Origin: Coriobacteriia bacterium
GTDB taxonomy: Bacteria; Actinomycetota; Coriobacteriia; Coriobacteriales; Eggerthellaceae
DNA: 64,000 bases
Direction: 5' to 3'
Assembly (NCBI GenBank): GCA_030526515.1
Contig: JAUNCQ010000003.1
Coordinates: forward strand, 6,541-70,540
Part shown: positions 18,635 through 28,539 of the stretch, piece after piece
Position numbering within the stretch: the first letter of the stretch is position 1
Layout: every line of letters starts with the position of its first letter
Program-made: the position numbers and the translations under genes
Notes under the pieces: generated by a model
What the model was told of the DNA's origin: nothing
The model's database searches: none
What the model saw: only the letters and a program-made list of their open reading frames with translations

Positions 18635-19049
18635 GGAGGGTCTCCTTATCTCTAACCGTGCGAAAAACAACGCAGCGGCACTTTCGACATAGGCAGAATA
18701 GTACCACTGCGTTCGATTGCTCGACTCCTAAGCGCACCGCCCTGCAGTACCAATCACGGCAAATTCGTAACCGCAACTAGCAAAACCCACGGGTGCAGGC
18801 GCAGGTTCAAGTCCGAATGGAATTACTATGGGCGTTAAAGTGCAAACGGCAGGGTGCATACCCCGCCGTCACGCGCACATATAGTCAGAATGGCAAGCGG
18901 CCTTTTCGGTGTTCGAACGATCTGCACATGGGAAAAGAGCAGAGCCTAGTGAATGTTGCGGGCATCCATTTCGGCGTGTTACTTAATTAGTAGCAGTAGA
19001 CGAGAAACACCGTTCGAGCACCGAAAAAGCAGCTTGTCCTTCCAACCCG

Positions 19050-19071
19050 AAGCCCCCCTTTGCGGGGGCTT
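19050..19071. terminator. GC hairpin directly after fdhE stop (weak or no U-tract)
   Basis: Stem AAGCCCCC / GGGGGCTT with a 6-nt loop. It could act in either direction. Confidence 0.4.
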
Positions 19072-19073
19072 TC

Positions 19074-19967
19074 CTATGCCGCACCTCCCTGGAAGCGCGG
19101 ATCCATGGCCACTGCGTCAAGGCGAGCCATGACCACGTCCTCGACCTCATAGGAAGTCGGGAGCAGCTTGGATTCGCTGAACAAGGTGCGGATGTACTGG
19201 CCGCATTCGTCACAGGTGGCAATGCGATGGGAATCATCGCCCTCCAGGTTGAAGAAGTGCAGGGACGTCTGGTCCTGGGTACCGCAGCGAGCACAGCGGA
19301 CGCGCTCGTACTCCCAAGCGGTGCCGCACTGGGTGCAGACCAGCTTGCGACCACGGCCGCTGGAGGACGTTTCGCCGCCAACGTGGGAAAGGGACGGAGC
19401 GGAACCGCACACCGGGCATGCCTGCGGATGGCAGATCTCCACCAGCTCGGCAGCCTTGACGGCGTTCCAAACCTCCTCGGCCGGACCCTCGATCATGGTG
19501 CGCAGCGCCATGGACACGAAGGACAAGGCCATGCCGATGGAAACCTGGCTCACGCCGGCGGCCATCAGCTGCTCGGAAACCTGTACCAGATAGGCGCTGG
19601 GGTTCACGCCTGCCAGCTCCAGGTCGGATGCAGTTACGATTTCGTCCCACTTGATGGCAGCCAGGTCAGCGTTGACCTCCGGCAGGGCCACCTGCGCCTC
19701 CACGGTTGCCTTGCACAGGGCCTCAATGACCTGGGCGAAAGCCGCGCCGTCGACCGGCACGCCCTTGGTGGCGAACACGGGGGTGGAAAGCTTGATAGCA
19801 GCCTTCAGGTCGTGGGCGGAGGGAACCTCGTATGCAACTTCCAGGTCCTGGGCACATTCCTGCTGAACGCCCCACAGGGTCCGGAAGAACGCCAGACGTG
19901 CGTTGTCGTTTTCGTCCAGGATGCCCTGGTACGCCTTGATTGCCATGTCAGCCAAACGAAGATTCAT
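19074..19967 (-). CDS. fdhE: Formate dehydrogenase accessory protein FdhE
   Basis: Four CxxC pairs (CPVCGS, CTQCG, CARCG, CDECG) in the FdhE arrangement. The gene lies downstream of fdnGHI. Confidence 0.85.
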   Translation of the reverse strand: MNLRLADMAIKAYQGILDENDNARLAFFRTLWGVQQECAQDLEVAYEVPSAHDLKAAIKLSTPVFATKGVPVDGAAFAQVIEALCKATVEAQVALPEVNADLAAIKWDEIVTASDLELAGVNPSAYLVQVSEQLMAAGVSQVSIGMALSFVSMALRTMIEGPAEEVWNAVKAAELVEICHPQACPVCGSAPSLSHVGGETSSSGRGRKLVCTQCGTAWEYERVRCARCGTQDQTSLHFFNLEGDDSHRIATCDECGQYIRTLFSESKLLPTSYEVEDVVMARLDAVAMDPRFQGGAA

Positions 19968-20119
19968 GAAACTATTTCCCTCTTACCCTTACCTTCTCCC
20001 GCAAAGAAGAAAGGTCGTACGAATGCTACTACCGTAAGTTCGGCGGGGCCGGGACGGGCGAACCGCCCCGGCCCTTCGGCTATATGCCAGCGCTGCCGAA
20101 TGCGCTAATCAAGAACAAG

Positions 20120-20950
20120 CTACTTGCCCTTGGGGAACTCGACGATGTTGCCGTCCTTGTCCTTGTAGACGACGTTTTCGCCGCTTTCGAGCTCTTCGCG
20201 AGCCCAGTGGCCCCAGTGGTACAGTGCGTCAGCTTCGGAGACCATGCCGTCACCGAACATGAGGTTCCAGCAGCCCTTGACCTTGTTGCCGTTGATGTCC
20301 TTGCCACCACGATAGGGCTGGAAGATGCCAGCACCCAGGAAGATGTGAGCGGTAGCGAAGATGCACAGCAGGAAGAAGCCCAGGTCATGCAGGAACAGCC
20401 ACACGGCATGAGCACCCGGGCTCAGGGTGAACACCATGGAGCCCAGCAGCAGGATCACGCCGGAGATGGCCATCAGGAAGCCGCACACCCACAGCATGCC
20501 GTCAGCGAAGCGCTGGCCGGACTTCTGCTCGTCCTGGTCCGGCATGTGGATCCACTTTGCGCCGAACAGGTACGGGAAGAACATGACCATCCACATCACG
20601 TCGTCGGAAGTCCACTTGCAGGTGTTTGCCTTCCAGATGTGACGTGCGCCAGACGGTGCCATGAAGAAGCTGATCAGCGGAACCGCGCAGAAGACCACGC
20701 CGATGATGCGGTGGCTCATGCGGAAGGCGAAGATCAGCTCCTGGGGGCAGAGCTGAGTCAGGGGCGGAGCGAACACGAACAGACCGGAGATCATCAGCCA
20801 GATGCAGCAGATGATGGTCACGTCGTGGGTAATACGAGCCTGCTTGGAATGACGCTTGATGTAACGGGTCAGACCAGCGTTCTTGCTCTCTTCCAGGAAC
20901 TTCTGGTCAGAAGCCTGGGCCTCCGGGGAGACGGTGATTGCGTGACTCAT
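20120..20950 (-). CDS. fdnI: Formate dehydrogenase gamma subunit (cytochrome b556)
   Basis: Four TM helices with conserved His residues. The ATG at 20950 lies 1 nt after the fdnH stop. The longer track ORF overlaps fdnH. Confidence 0.8.
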   Translation of the reverse strand: MSHAITVSPEAQASDQKFLEESKNAGLTRYIKRHSKQARITHDVTIICCIWLMISGLFVFAPPLTQLCPQELIFAFRMSHRIIGVVFCAVPLISFFMAPSGARHIWKANTCKWTSDDVMWMVMFFPYLFGAKWIHMPDQDEQKSGQRFADGMLWVCGFLMAISGVILLLGSMVFTLSPGAHAVWLFLHDLGFFLLCIFATAHIFLGAGIFQPYRGGKDINGNKVKGCWNLMFGDGMVSEADALYHWGHWAREELESGENVVYKDKDGNIVEFPKGK

Positions 20951-20951
20951 A

Positions 20952-21938
20952 TTATTCACCACCCTTCTTCTTACGATTGGCAGCCATGAACGGGAGGTTC
21001 TCGAACACGGCGTCGGTCCAGCCGCGGGTGTCCGCGGGCCTGGTACCGGTCTTGGCGACCTCACCGGTCTCAAGGATGATGGTGTCCTTGGTGTCGGTGT
21101 TGTACACCAGGGTGTCGCGCTTGTAGCCTGCGGCCAGGGCGGTCATGACGCCGAAGCCAACAATGCACAGCGGGAACACAACGCCCGTGAGGGGCTTGGT
21201 GACGCCTGCCAGGGCAACAGCCGGGGAAACCTTCGGGTTCTCGACTGCGCCATGGGCAGCAGCGCCGTACTTGAGGACCTGGATGACATGCAGGCCGCCC
21301 ATCTCCTTTTCGCCATAAACCATGGCGTCAGAGTAGCCGCGGGCCTTCAGCATCTCAAGTCGCTCGTATGCCTTCTTGATCATCTCATCGCGATCGCCGA
21401 AGTCCAGAGCCTCAGGCTGGCAGGTGGAAACGCACGCGGGCTTCATGCCGTTGTGAACGCGATCCACGCAGCCGGTGCACTTCTGGATGGTGCCCACAGC
21501 GGTGCCCTCGTCGTACTGAGGAACCTCGAAGGGGCAGGCGGCGGAGCAGTACTGGCAGCCGATGCACTTGGAGTCATCGGTGGTGACCAGACCAGTCTCC
21601 GCGTCAACGAAGATGGCGCCAGCCGGGCAGATGTTGGAGCACGGTGCGTCGGTGCAGTGCTGGCAAGCACGGCGACCGAAGGCCCACTTCACGCGCTTGG
21701 TGGCCAGCTGAGCGCTGACTTCACCGGTAGTGGTGTAAGCGGGGTTCTCCATCTCGTTGTAGAGCATGATCAGACGAGTGGTGCCGTTGACATCAGGCGG
21801 ATTCTGGTGGGAACCAGACCACTTGTTGCCGTTCAGCTCCAGCGTGGACGGAAGCTCGTTCCAAACCTTGCAGGCAATCTGGCATGCATGGCAGCCAGAG
21901 CAGCGGGAGGTGTCAAACAGGAATGCCTTATCAGCCAT
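20952..21938 (-). CDS. fdnH: Formate dehydrogenase iron-sulfur subunit
   Basis: Four ferredoxin-type Cys clusters (CSGCHACQIAC, CQHCTDAPC, CIGCQYCSAAC, CTGC...) and a C-terminal TM anchor. Confidence 0.9.
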   Translation of the reverse strand: MADKAFLFDTSRCSGCHACQIACKVWNELPSTLELNGNKWSGSHQNPPDVNGTTRLIMLYNEMENPAYTTTGEVSAQLATKRVKWAFGRRACQHCTDAPCSNICPAGAIFVDAETGLVTTDDSKCIGCQYCSAACPFEVPQYDEGTAVGTIQKCTGCVDRVHNGMKPACVSTCQPEALDFGDRDEMIKKAYERLEMLKARGYSDAMVYGEKEMGGLHVIQVLKYGAAAHGAVENPKVSPAVALAGVTKPLTGVVFPLCIVGFGVMTALAAGYKRDTLVYNTDTKDTIILETGEVAKTGTRPADTRGWTDAVFENLPFMAANRKKKGGE

Positions 21939-24900
21939 TAGTGAACGCCTCCTTCATGTGCCTTCTCAATCTTGACCATAAATGCCTTGTACTCAGGCGT
22001 GAAGCTGTTCGGGTCGCCGACGTTCGGGGTCAGATCGTTGACCACGTCACCCTGGCCGAACTCGTGAGTAAAGCCGAAGTGGTGGGTCAGGCCAACCTGA
22101 TGCTGAACCTTGCCGTCAACCATGAACGGAGCGAAGCGGCGGGTGACCAGTGCCTTCACAACAACGGATGCGCGACGGCTGGAAACCTTCACGTCGTCGT
22201 TGTTCTGGATGCCCAGCTCCTCAGCCAGCTCGTAGGACATTTCCACGAACTGGGTCGGCATTGCTTCGAGCAGTGCCGGGCAGGAACGGGACTGGCCGCC
22301 GGTCTGCCAATGCTCGGTGACGGAGTAGGTGGTAGCCACGATCGGGAAGTCCTTCAGATCGTGCTCTTCGCCCGTAACCGCGTCGAGCTTGGCGGAGTCG
22401 TACTTGCTTGCGCCGGACATACCGAAGGCAACCGGGTTGTGCAGGCTGCCGTTCAGGATGTTGCGGTCCATCGGAGACTCGAAGGGCTCGAAGAACTCGG
22501 GGAACGGACCGTCGGCCATGCCGTAGGACTCCAGACGTGCACGCTGCTCCCACAGCATGAAGAAGGAATTCGGGTTCTTCGGATCCGGAGCAACCTGGGT
22601 GACCGTGCCGTCGGCCTCGGTCTTGGTTGCAACGAAGTCGTTGACGTCCACGATTTCCCACTTCTTGGCCTTTGCGTCCCAACGGTTCAGCTTCTTGGCT
22701 TCGTTCCAAGGCTGGCCGTTGACGTCGGAAGCGTTGCGGTTGTACAGGATACGACGGTTGGAGGGCCAGCTGAATGCCCACTCGGGGTTCAGGCCCAGGC
22801 CGCCATGCTCCTCGTCGTTCAGGATACGACGACCAACCGGCTGCTCGGCCGGGTTCAGCGGGTACTCGGAGTTGTTGTAGTAACCAGAGTAGATCCACAT
22901 TGCGCAAGCGGTGGAGCCGTCGGCTGCCAGATCGGCGTAGCCGGGCAGCAGGTCGACCTTGCCCTCGGACAGAGAGCCCTTCTTCTCGGCGCCCACGACG
23001 GTGCGGCCGTCGCCCCACTGACCGGGGGTCAGCTGGCAATGGATGTTGCCGGACTCGTCCAGGCCGTTGGCCTTGAAGCCCTTGCCGCCATTGCCCTCGA
23101 AGGTAGAGGTCTTGACGCGATAACCGTTCAGAGCCCAGGTGACCGGGTAGAAGGAGATCTCGCCGTTGACGTAGTAGTCCCACTTGGCCTTGGTGATCGG
23201 CTCGGGGTTAGCGCCGCCCTCTGCCTCGTACAGGTCGCGGACAGCGGTGAAGATCTGGTCGACCATCCACAGGTCGGTCTTTGCCTCGTCGTACGGTGCA
23301 ACGGCCTCGTAGCGCCACTGCAGCCAACGACCGGAGTTCAGGATCGTACCCGGCTTCTCGTAGATCAGAGCGCAGGGCAGGAAGTAGACCTCGGTGGCAA
23401 TTTCCTTCGGGTTCATGTCCGGAGCGTGCCAGAAGCCTGCGGACTCGGTTTCGACCTGGTCGGCCACGACGAGCCAGTCCAGGTTGGCCATGGAACGACG
23501 CACGTGGGCGGCGTTCGGAGCAGAGTGGCAGGGGTTCATGCCCCAGTTGAAGTAACCCTTGATGACGCCCTGGTCCATCAGCTCGAAGGTGGAGATGTGG
23601 GTCCAGTCCTGAGCACCAACGGTGGAGGGAACCTTCGGCCACCAGTCGTAACCGAAGTCGTTCTCCAGGGTAGCGTTCTTACCGAACCACTCCTTCAGGG
23701 AGCTGACGATGAACTTGGGCTTGTTGGAGTAGTAACCAGCAGAGTAGGTCTGGGACTCCAGCCATGCTGCCAGGCTCTTACGATCAGTGGTGTTTGCCCA
23801 CTTCAGGTAAGCAGGATGCTCGTTAACCATCATGCCCATGTCGGTTGCGCCCTGAACGTTGGGCTCACCGCGCAGTGCGTTGACGCCACCACCGGGGATG
23901 CCGATGTTGCCGAGCAGCAGCTGCATGACGGACATTGCACGGGTGTTCTGAGCACCGTAGGTGTGCTGGGTCTGACCCAGTGCGTACAGGATCATGCCGG
24001 TCTTGTCAGGCGCGGCAGACTCGCAGTAGGTCTTGTAGACCAGCTCCAGGTTGTCCTTGTCCATGCCGCAGATGCTGCACACGGTATCAAGGTCATAGCG
24101 CGAATAGTGCTTCTTCATCTGCTGATAGACGCAGCGGGGATGAGAAAGATCCATGGAGCGCTTGGGCTTTTCGAAGGTAGGCTTCTTGAACTTGGGCACG
24201 TTGTCCTTATAGGCCCACGGATACTGCTCCTCGGTCCAAGGAATCTCTTCCTCGGTCTCATAGTGCCAAGAGTGGTTGCTGTAGACCTCGTTCTCCGGAT
24301 CGAAGCCGCTGAACAGACCCGTCTCGGGGTCGAACTCGAACTCGGGATCCAGGATGTAGGTAGCGTTGGTGTAGTTGAGCAAGTACTCGAAGTTGTACAC
24401 GTCGCAACGCTTGCCCGTCTTCAGATAATCGGCCAGGTTCGGCTCGATCAGGTTCTCGAAGATGTAGTGATACATGCCGCCGTAGAAGGCGATGTCCGTG
24501 CCGGAGCGGATCGGGCAGTAGATGTCTGCCAGCTCGGCGGTACGGGTGTAGCGCGGATCGACGACGATCCACTTGGCGCCACGCTCGTGGGCCTTGTTCA
24601 GCCACTTGGAGCTGATGGGATGATTCTCGGAGCTGTTAGAACCACAGTGGAGAATGTAGTCGGTGTTTTGGAAGTCACACCAATGGCTCGTCATGGAGCC
24701 ACGACCGAATGAAGCCGCCAGACCGGCGACGGTGGGGCCGTGTCAAACACGAGCCTGATTGTCAATGCCAACGATGCCGAACGCACGCATGGCCTTGAGG
24801 ATCAGGTATTCCTCCTCGGAGTTTTCCTGAGAACCGCCCAGGCTCGCAATGCCCTCGCAGCGGTTCACGGTGAGCATCTCACCGTTTACTTCTTCCTTCT

Positions 24901-25354
24901 CGACGAAGGTTGCGTCGCGCGTGTCCTTGACCTTGCGCGCGATCTCCTTGATGGCGTCCTCCCAAGAGATTTCCTCCCACTCCGTGGAGTAGGGACGACG
25001 AACCATGGGCTTGGTCCTACGATCAGGGTTCTTGATGATTTCGCGGGTCTTCGGATCCACGACGTTACGCAGCTGGAACATAGCAGCACCCTTGGGGCAC
25101 AGGCCACCCTTGTTGATGGGATGGTCCGGGTCGCCTTCCAGGTGGATCAGCTCGCCGTCGCGCACCGAGCACAGAGAACCGCAGCCACCTGCGCAATAGC
25201 AGCAGATGTTGGAGCGCTCTTCCGTGTTGACCAGCTTCCAGTCGCCAGAAACCTCGGCGGCCAGAGCCGGAGCAGCGGCAGTCATCTCAAAGGCCATGGT
25301 TGCTGCGAATGCGGCGCCAATGCCCTTGAAGAAACCTCTACGTGTTAATTCCAT
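21938..25354 (-). CDS. fdnG: Formate dehydrogenase-N-type catalytic subunit, selenocysteine-containing (UGA at 24743-24745)
   Basis: Track ORFs 24743..25399 and 21938..24694 are in the same frame and are joined by TGA in the conserved context NQARV-U-HGPTVAGL, as in E. coli FdnG. Tat signal MELTRRGFFKG. RBS GGAAAGGAGGG precedes the ATG at 25354. Confidence 0.9.
24714..24745 (-). promoter_or_regulatory. Sec UGA plus candidate SECIS of fdnG
   Basis: The mRNA reads UGACACGGCCCCACC, then GUCGCC-GGUCU-GGCGGC (24714-24730). The GGUC-containing apical loop resembles the E. coli fdhF SECIS. Confidence 0.6.
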
Positions 25355-25773
25355 AGGACACCCTCCTTTCCTCTTCTCTCGTCTACCTCTTGAAGCCAAT
25401 TGCCGCGCCCCTCACTACGCAGGGACGGCAAAGTACATATTGCACGGTATCAAACTGACCGCTCGCCCCCTCTCAGACGCCGCTTCGGCGGGGTTGAGCG
25501 GTAGAAAGCATCCATAACCCGTTTACCTACGGGGCGAACGGTAGGTTTTCGCCCGCGAACGGATATTTGCCAGCTCAAGGCCTATTTCGCCCTGACATAA
25601 CCGCTTGTACAAGTACGCAGGGCCCGTCACTCATTTCAAGGGGCCGTTGGCGTCCAGATGCTCCATACTCGTATACAAAGGGAGTCCGCGCCCTCGGGGC
25701 ATGCTTGAAGGGAGAAGAGGCCTTGGCCGCTACGCACGCACAGCTGTACTCAGACGCTCGTATTTCTGCCCTC

Positions 25774-26592
25774 ATGGATGCCATCAACCTTTCGGGCGAA
25801 AAGAAGCCCGACATCGACCGCCCCTACTATCGCGTGGGCGTGGGCATTGGCTCCATCACCTCCAAGGTGGCCGTGCTGGAAGGCAACAAGCTGGTGCACA
25901 AGTTCATCTTCCCCACCGGCCTAAACAGCAACGACGCCGCCAAGCGCTGCCTGGATCAGCTGGAGGCCGACGGCTACTCCCGCGACGACTGCGCCTTTGC
26001 CGCAACGGGCATCGGCCAGATGGCGGTCACCTACGCCCAGAAGAACGTGGACATTGCGGTGTGCCACGGCAAGGGCGCCCACTTCCTGTTCAGCTCCGAC
26101 GGCATTGTCATTGACATCGGCGGTCAGGAAACCCAGATCATGGAGGTCTCCAGCGGCCGCGTGGAGAAGATCGCCTCCAACGACCGTTGCTCCGCAGCTG
26201 TGGGCAAGTTCCTGGAAAGCACCGCCCTGCGCATGGGCATTTCCGTGAGCCAGCTGGAGGAGATTGCCCAGCGCGGCACCCCGGTTCCCCTTTCGTCCAT
26301 GTGCATGGTGTTCGTGGAATCCGAGCTGGCCAAGCGCATGGCCCAGGGCGCGTCCAACGAAGACCTGGCCTGGATGGCCATCGAATCCGTTGCCAACCGC
26401 GTTGCCCCGCTGATTCCGCTCCATAAGGACGAAACGTACATGCTCACCGGCGGCCAGTGCGACAATCACCTCCTCATCCAGCGCCTGAGCGAAAAGCTGG
26501 GCGTGGAGATCAAGACGTCCCCGCTGGGTCGCTATGCCGGCGTCATCGGCGCGGCCCTGAGCCTGCCCGCCAAGCGGCCCACCAGCCGCTAG
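25774..26592 (+). CDS. BcrAD/BadFG/HgdC-family ATPase (acyl-CoA dehydratase activase type)
   Basis: YRVGVGIGSITSKVAVL ... IDIGGQETQ ... NDRCSAAVGKFLE ... MCMVFVESE ... LTGGQ. The start is uncertain because the ATG at 25774 has no clear RBS. Confidence 0.7.
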   Translation: MDAINLSGEKKPDIDRPYYRVGVGIGSITSKVAVLEGNKLVHKFIFPTGLNSNDAAKRCLDQLEADGYSRDDCAFAATGIGQMAVTYAQKNVDIAVCHGKGAHFLFSSDGIVIDIGGQETQIMEVSSGRVEKIASNDRCSAAVGKFLESTALRMGISVSQLEEIAQRGTPVPLSSMCMVFVESELAKRMAQGASNEDLAWMAIESVANRVAPLIPLHKDETYMLTGGQCDNHLLIQRLSEKLGVEIKTSPLGRYAGVIGAALSLPAKRPTSR

Positions 26593-26595
26593 CGC

Positions 26596-26660
26596 AACCC
26601 CATAGAACCACCGGAAGGCGGCCCGCGGGTCGCCTTCCTGCATTGTGGGGTTTTGGTTTG
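26596..26660 (+). terminator. Terminator-like hairpin after the activase gene
   Basis: GGAAGGCG-GCCCGCGGGT-CGCCTTCC (26613-26638) sits inside an outer AACCCCA / TGGGGTT pairing and is followed by TTTTGGTTTG. Confidence 0.55.
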
Positions 26661-26682
26661 CCCTGCTCCCAAGGGCTATACT
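26653..26682 (+). promoter_or_regulatory. Candidate selD promoter
   Basis: TTGGTT (26653-26658), an 18-nt spacer and TATACT (26677-26682), about 40 nt upstream of the selD GTG. Confidence 0.4.
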
Positions 26683-26725
26683 GGTACGCGAACCAAATGC
26701 ACATCAAGGGACGAAAGAGGAGCAC

Positions 26726-27802
26726 GTGGCCAAGGAAAAGGTCTATCTTTCCAAGCTCACCAGCAAGGGCGGTTGAGCCGCAAAGTGGGGTCCGGGTGAC
26801 CTCGAAAGCATATTGGAGCCGATCCTCAACGCCAACCTGGGCGTTGACGGCGCCGAAAACCTACTGCTGGGCTTCGAAACCGCAGACGACGCCGCCATCT
26901 ACAAGGTCAGTGACGACGCCGCGGCCGTGCTCACGGTGGACTTCCTGACGCCGCTGGTGGACGACCCCTACCAGTTCGGCCGCCTGGCCGCCGCCAACGC
27001 CCTGTCCGACGTGTTCGCCATGGGCGGCAGGCCCGTGTGCGCCCTGAACATCCTGGCCCTGGACTGCGCCCTGGGCACCGAGGTCGCGGCCGAGATCATG
27101 CGCGGCGGCGCCAGCGCCGTCCGTGAGGCCAACTGCTTCCTGGTGGGCGGCCACTCCGTGGACGACCCCGAGCCCAAGTACGGCCTGTGCGTGTTCGGCC
27201 TGGTGCACCCCGACCACATCATGAAGAACGGCGGCGCCCGCCCCGGCGACCTGCTGTACCTGACCAAGCGCATTGGCACGGGCTTGCTTTCGGCCGCATT
27301 CAAGATCGGCGAATGCGAGCAGGCCGACTTCGACCCCGCCATTGAAAGCATGTGCGAGCTCAACAAGGCCGGCGGCGTGGCAGCCGTGGAAGCCAGTGCC
27401 CACGCGGTCACCGACGTGACCGGCTTCGGCCTGGCGGGCCACCTCCATGAGATGCTGGAGGCCAGCGACTGCAGCGTGGAGCTGGACTGGGACCGCCTGC
27501 CCCTGTTCAACAAGGCCTGGGAGCTGTGCGAAGCCTACTGTCGCCCCAACCGCACCTTCAGCATCATGGACTTTGCCGAGCCCTTCGTAGCCCAGGGCAA
27601 CCTTGACGACGAAGAGTTCGACAACCGCATGGGCATCATCTGCGACCCCCAGACCTCCGGCGGCCTGCTGGTGGCAGTCGACCCCGCCAACGCGGCCACC
27701 TTCGAAGCCGCCTTCAAGCGAGAGTCCGGCCGCGCCCCCTGGCGCATCGGCCGCTTCGTGGACGGCCCCGACTGCACCATCCGCTTCAGCGACGCCAACT
27801 AG
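26726..27802 (+). CDS. selD: Selenide, water dikinase SelD, itself a selenoprotein (UGA at 26774-26776)
   Basis: The GTG at 26726 follows RBS AAAGAGGAG. The N-terminus VAKEKVYLSKLTSKGG-U-AAKWGPGDLE places Sec where other SelD proteins have the catalytic Cys/Sec. The track ORF starts downstream at 26813. The remainder is a typical PurM-like SelD. Confidence 0.9.
26774..26803 (+). promoter_or_regulatory. Sec UGA plus candidate SECIS of selD
   Basis: UGAGCCGCAAAGU is followed by GGGGUC-CGGGU-GACCUC (26787-26803). Confidence 0.5.
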
Positions 27803-27810
27803 GAGACCCC

Positions 27811-28467
27811 GTGACCGCACCTACTCGCAAGCACCCCAATCATCAGGACGAAAACCAGCCCAACCACCGCGCCGCCGGCGCGTCGACGGACGCACCGGCC
27901 AAGGCCCCCAACCGCGACCGATACGGCCGCGACCACAAGCGCAACCCCTTCCGCATTGCCAACGCCGTGGTGGCCAGCTTCATCACGGTGCTGTTCCTGG
28001 GCCACGCCTTCATGGGTGAGCTTTCCCTGGTGTTCCCCGTATCCAAGAACCTAGAGCCCCTGGTGTTCGTAGGCCTGGGCGCCCTGGCGCTGCACATCAT
28101 CCTGAGCGCCATCACCACCCTGGACATGTGGCTTAGCAAGACCCGCCCCGCCAGCGACCGCAAGAAGAAGCACCAGATCAAGAAGTGGGTCTTCGGCGTG
28201 ATACTGCTGATCATCGCAGGCCTGCACATAGTGGTCATGATGACCCCGGCCGCTTCCCTGCGCGCCAGCGGCCAGGTGATCCCCGCCCTGCTGCTCATGG
28301 GCGTGGCCGCCATAGTGCTGTGCGTGCACATCTGCACCGGCGCCAAATCCGTGGCCCGCGACCTGAACCTCCCGGCCGAGGTCCGCTTCCCCATCCGCGC
28401 CCTGGCCATCAGCCTGACCCTGGCCCTGTGCCTGGCCATAGCGCTGATCATCGCTTTCGGCATCTAG
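27811..28467 (+). CDS. Five-TM membrane protein, dihaem cytochrome b558 (SdhC/FrdC type B)-like
   Basis: GTG start after TAGGAGA, 9 nt after the selD stop. There is one His in each of four TM helices (LGHAF, ALHII, GLHIV, CVHIC), and the topology and length resemble B. subtilis SdhC. Confidence 0.55.
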   Translation: MTAPTRKHPNHQDENQPNHRAAGASTDAPAKAPNRDRYGRDHKRNPFRIANAVVASFITVLFLGHAFMGELSLVFPVSKNLEPLVFVGLGALALHIILSAITTLDMWLSKTRPASDRKKKHQIKKWVFGVILLIIAGLHIVVMMTPAASLRASGQVIPALLLMGVAAIVLCVHICTGAKSVARDLNLPAEVRFPIRALAISLTLALCLAIALIIAFGI

Positions 28468-28487
28468 CCAAACCCAACCCCAAACGC

Positions 28488-28517
28488 AAGGAAGGCGGCC
28501 CGCAAGCCGCCTTCCTT
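28488..28517. terminator. Bidirectional hairpin between convergent genes
   Basis: A perfect 12-bp stem AAGGAAGGCGGC / GCCGCCTTCCTT with loop CCGCAA. It is nearly identical to the hairpin at 26613-26638. Confidence 0.6.
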
Positions 28518-28539
28518 CATTTATAGGACGAAATCCCCG

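Noticed and set aside
18790-18830. tRNA- or tmRNA-like GGTTCAAGTCC motif.
   Set aside because: The flanking bases do not form a T-stem or an acceptor stem, and there is no CCA-proximal pairing or tag-peptide reading frame.
25400-25773. Possible Moco riboswitch or small ORF in the fdnG / activase divergent region.
   Set aside because: I cannot recognise the Moco RNA consensus by eye. The region contains hairpins and repeat-family fragments, but I have no basis for a specific call. An Infernal scan is needed.
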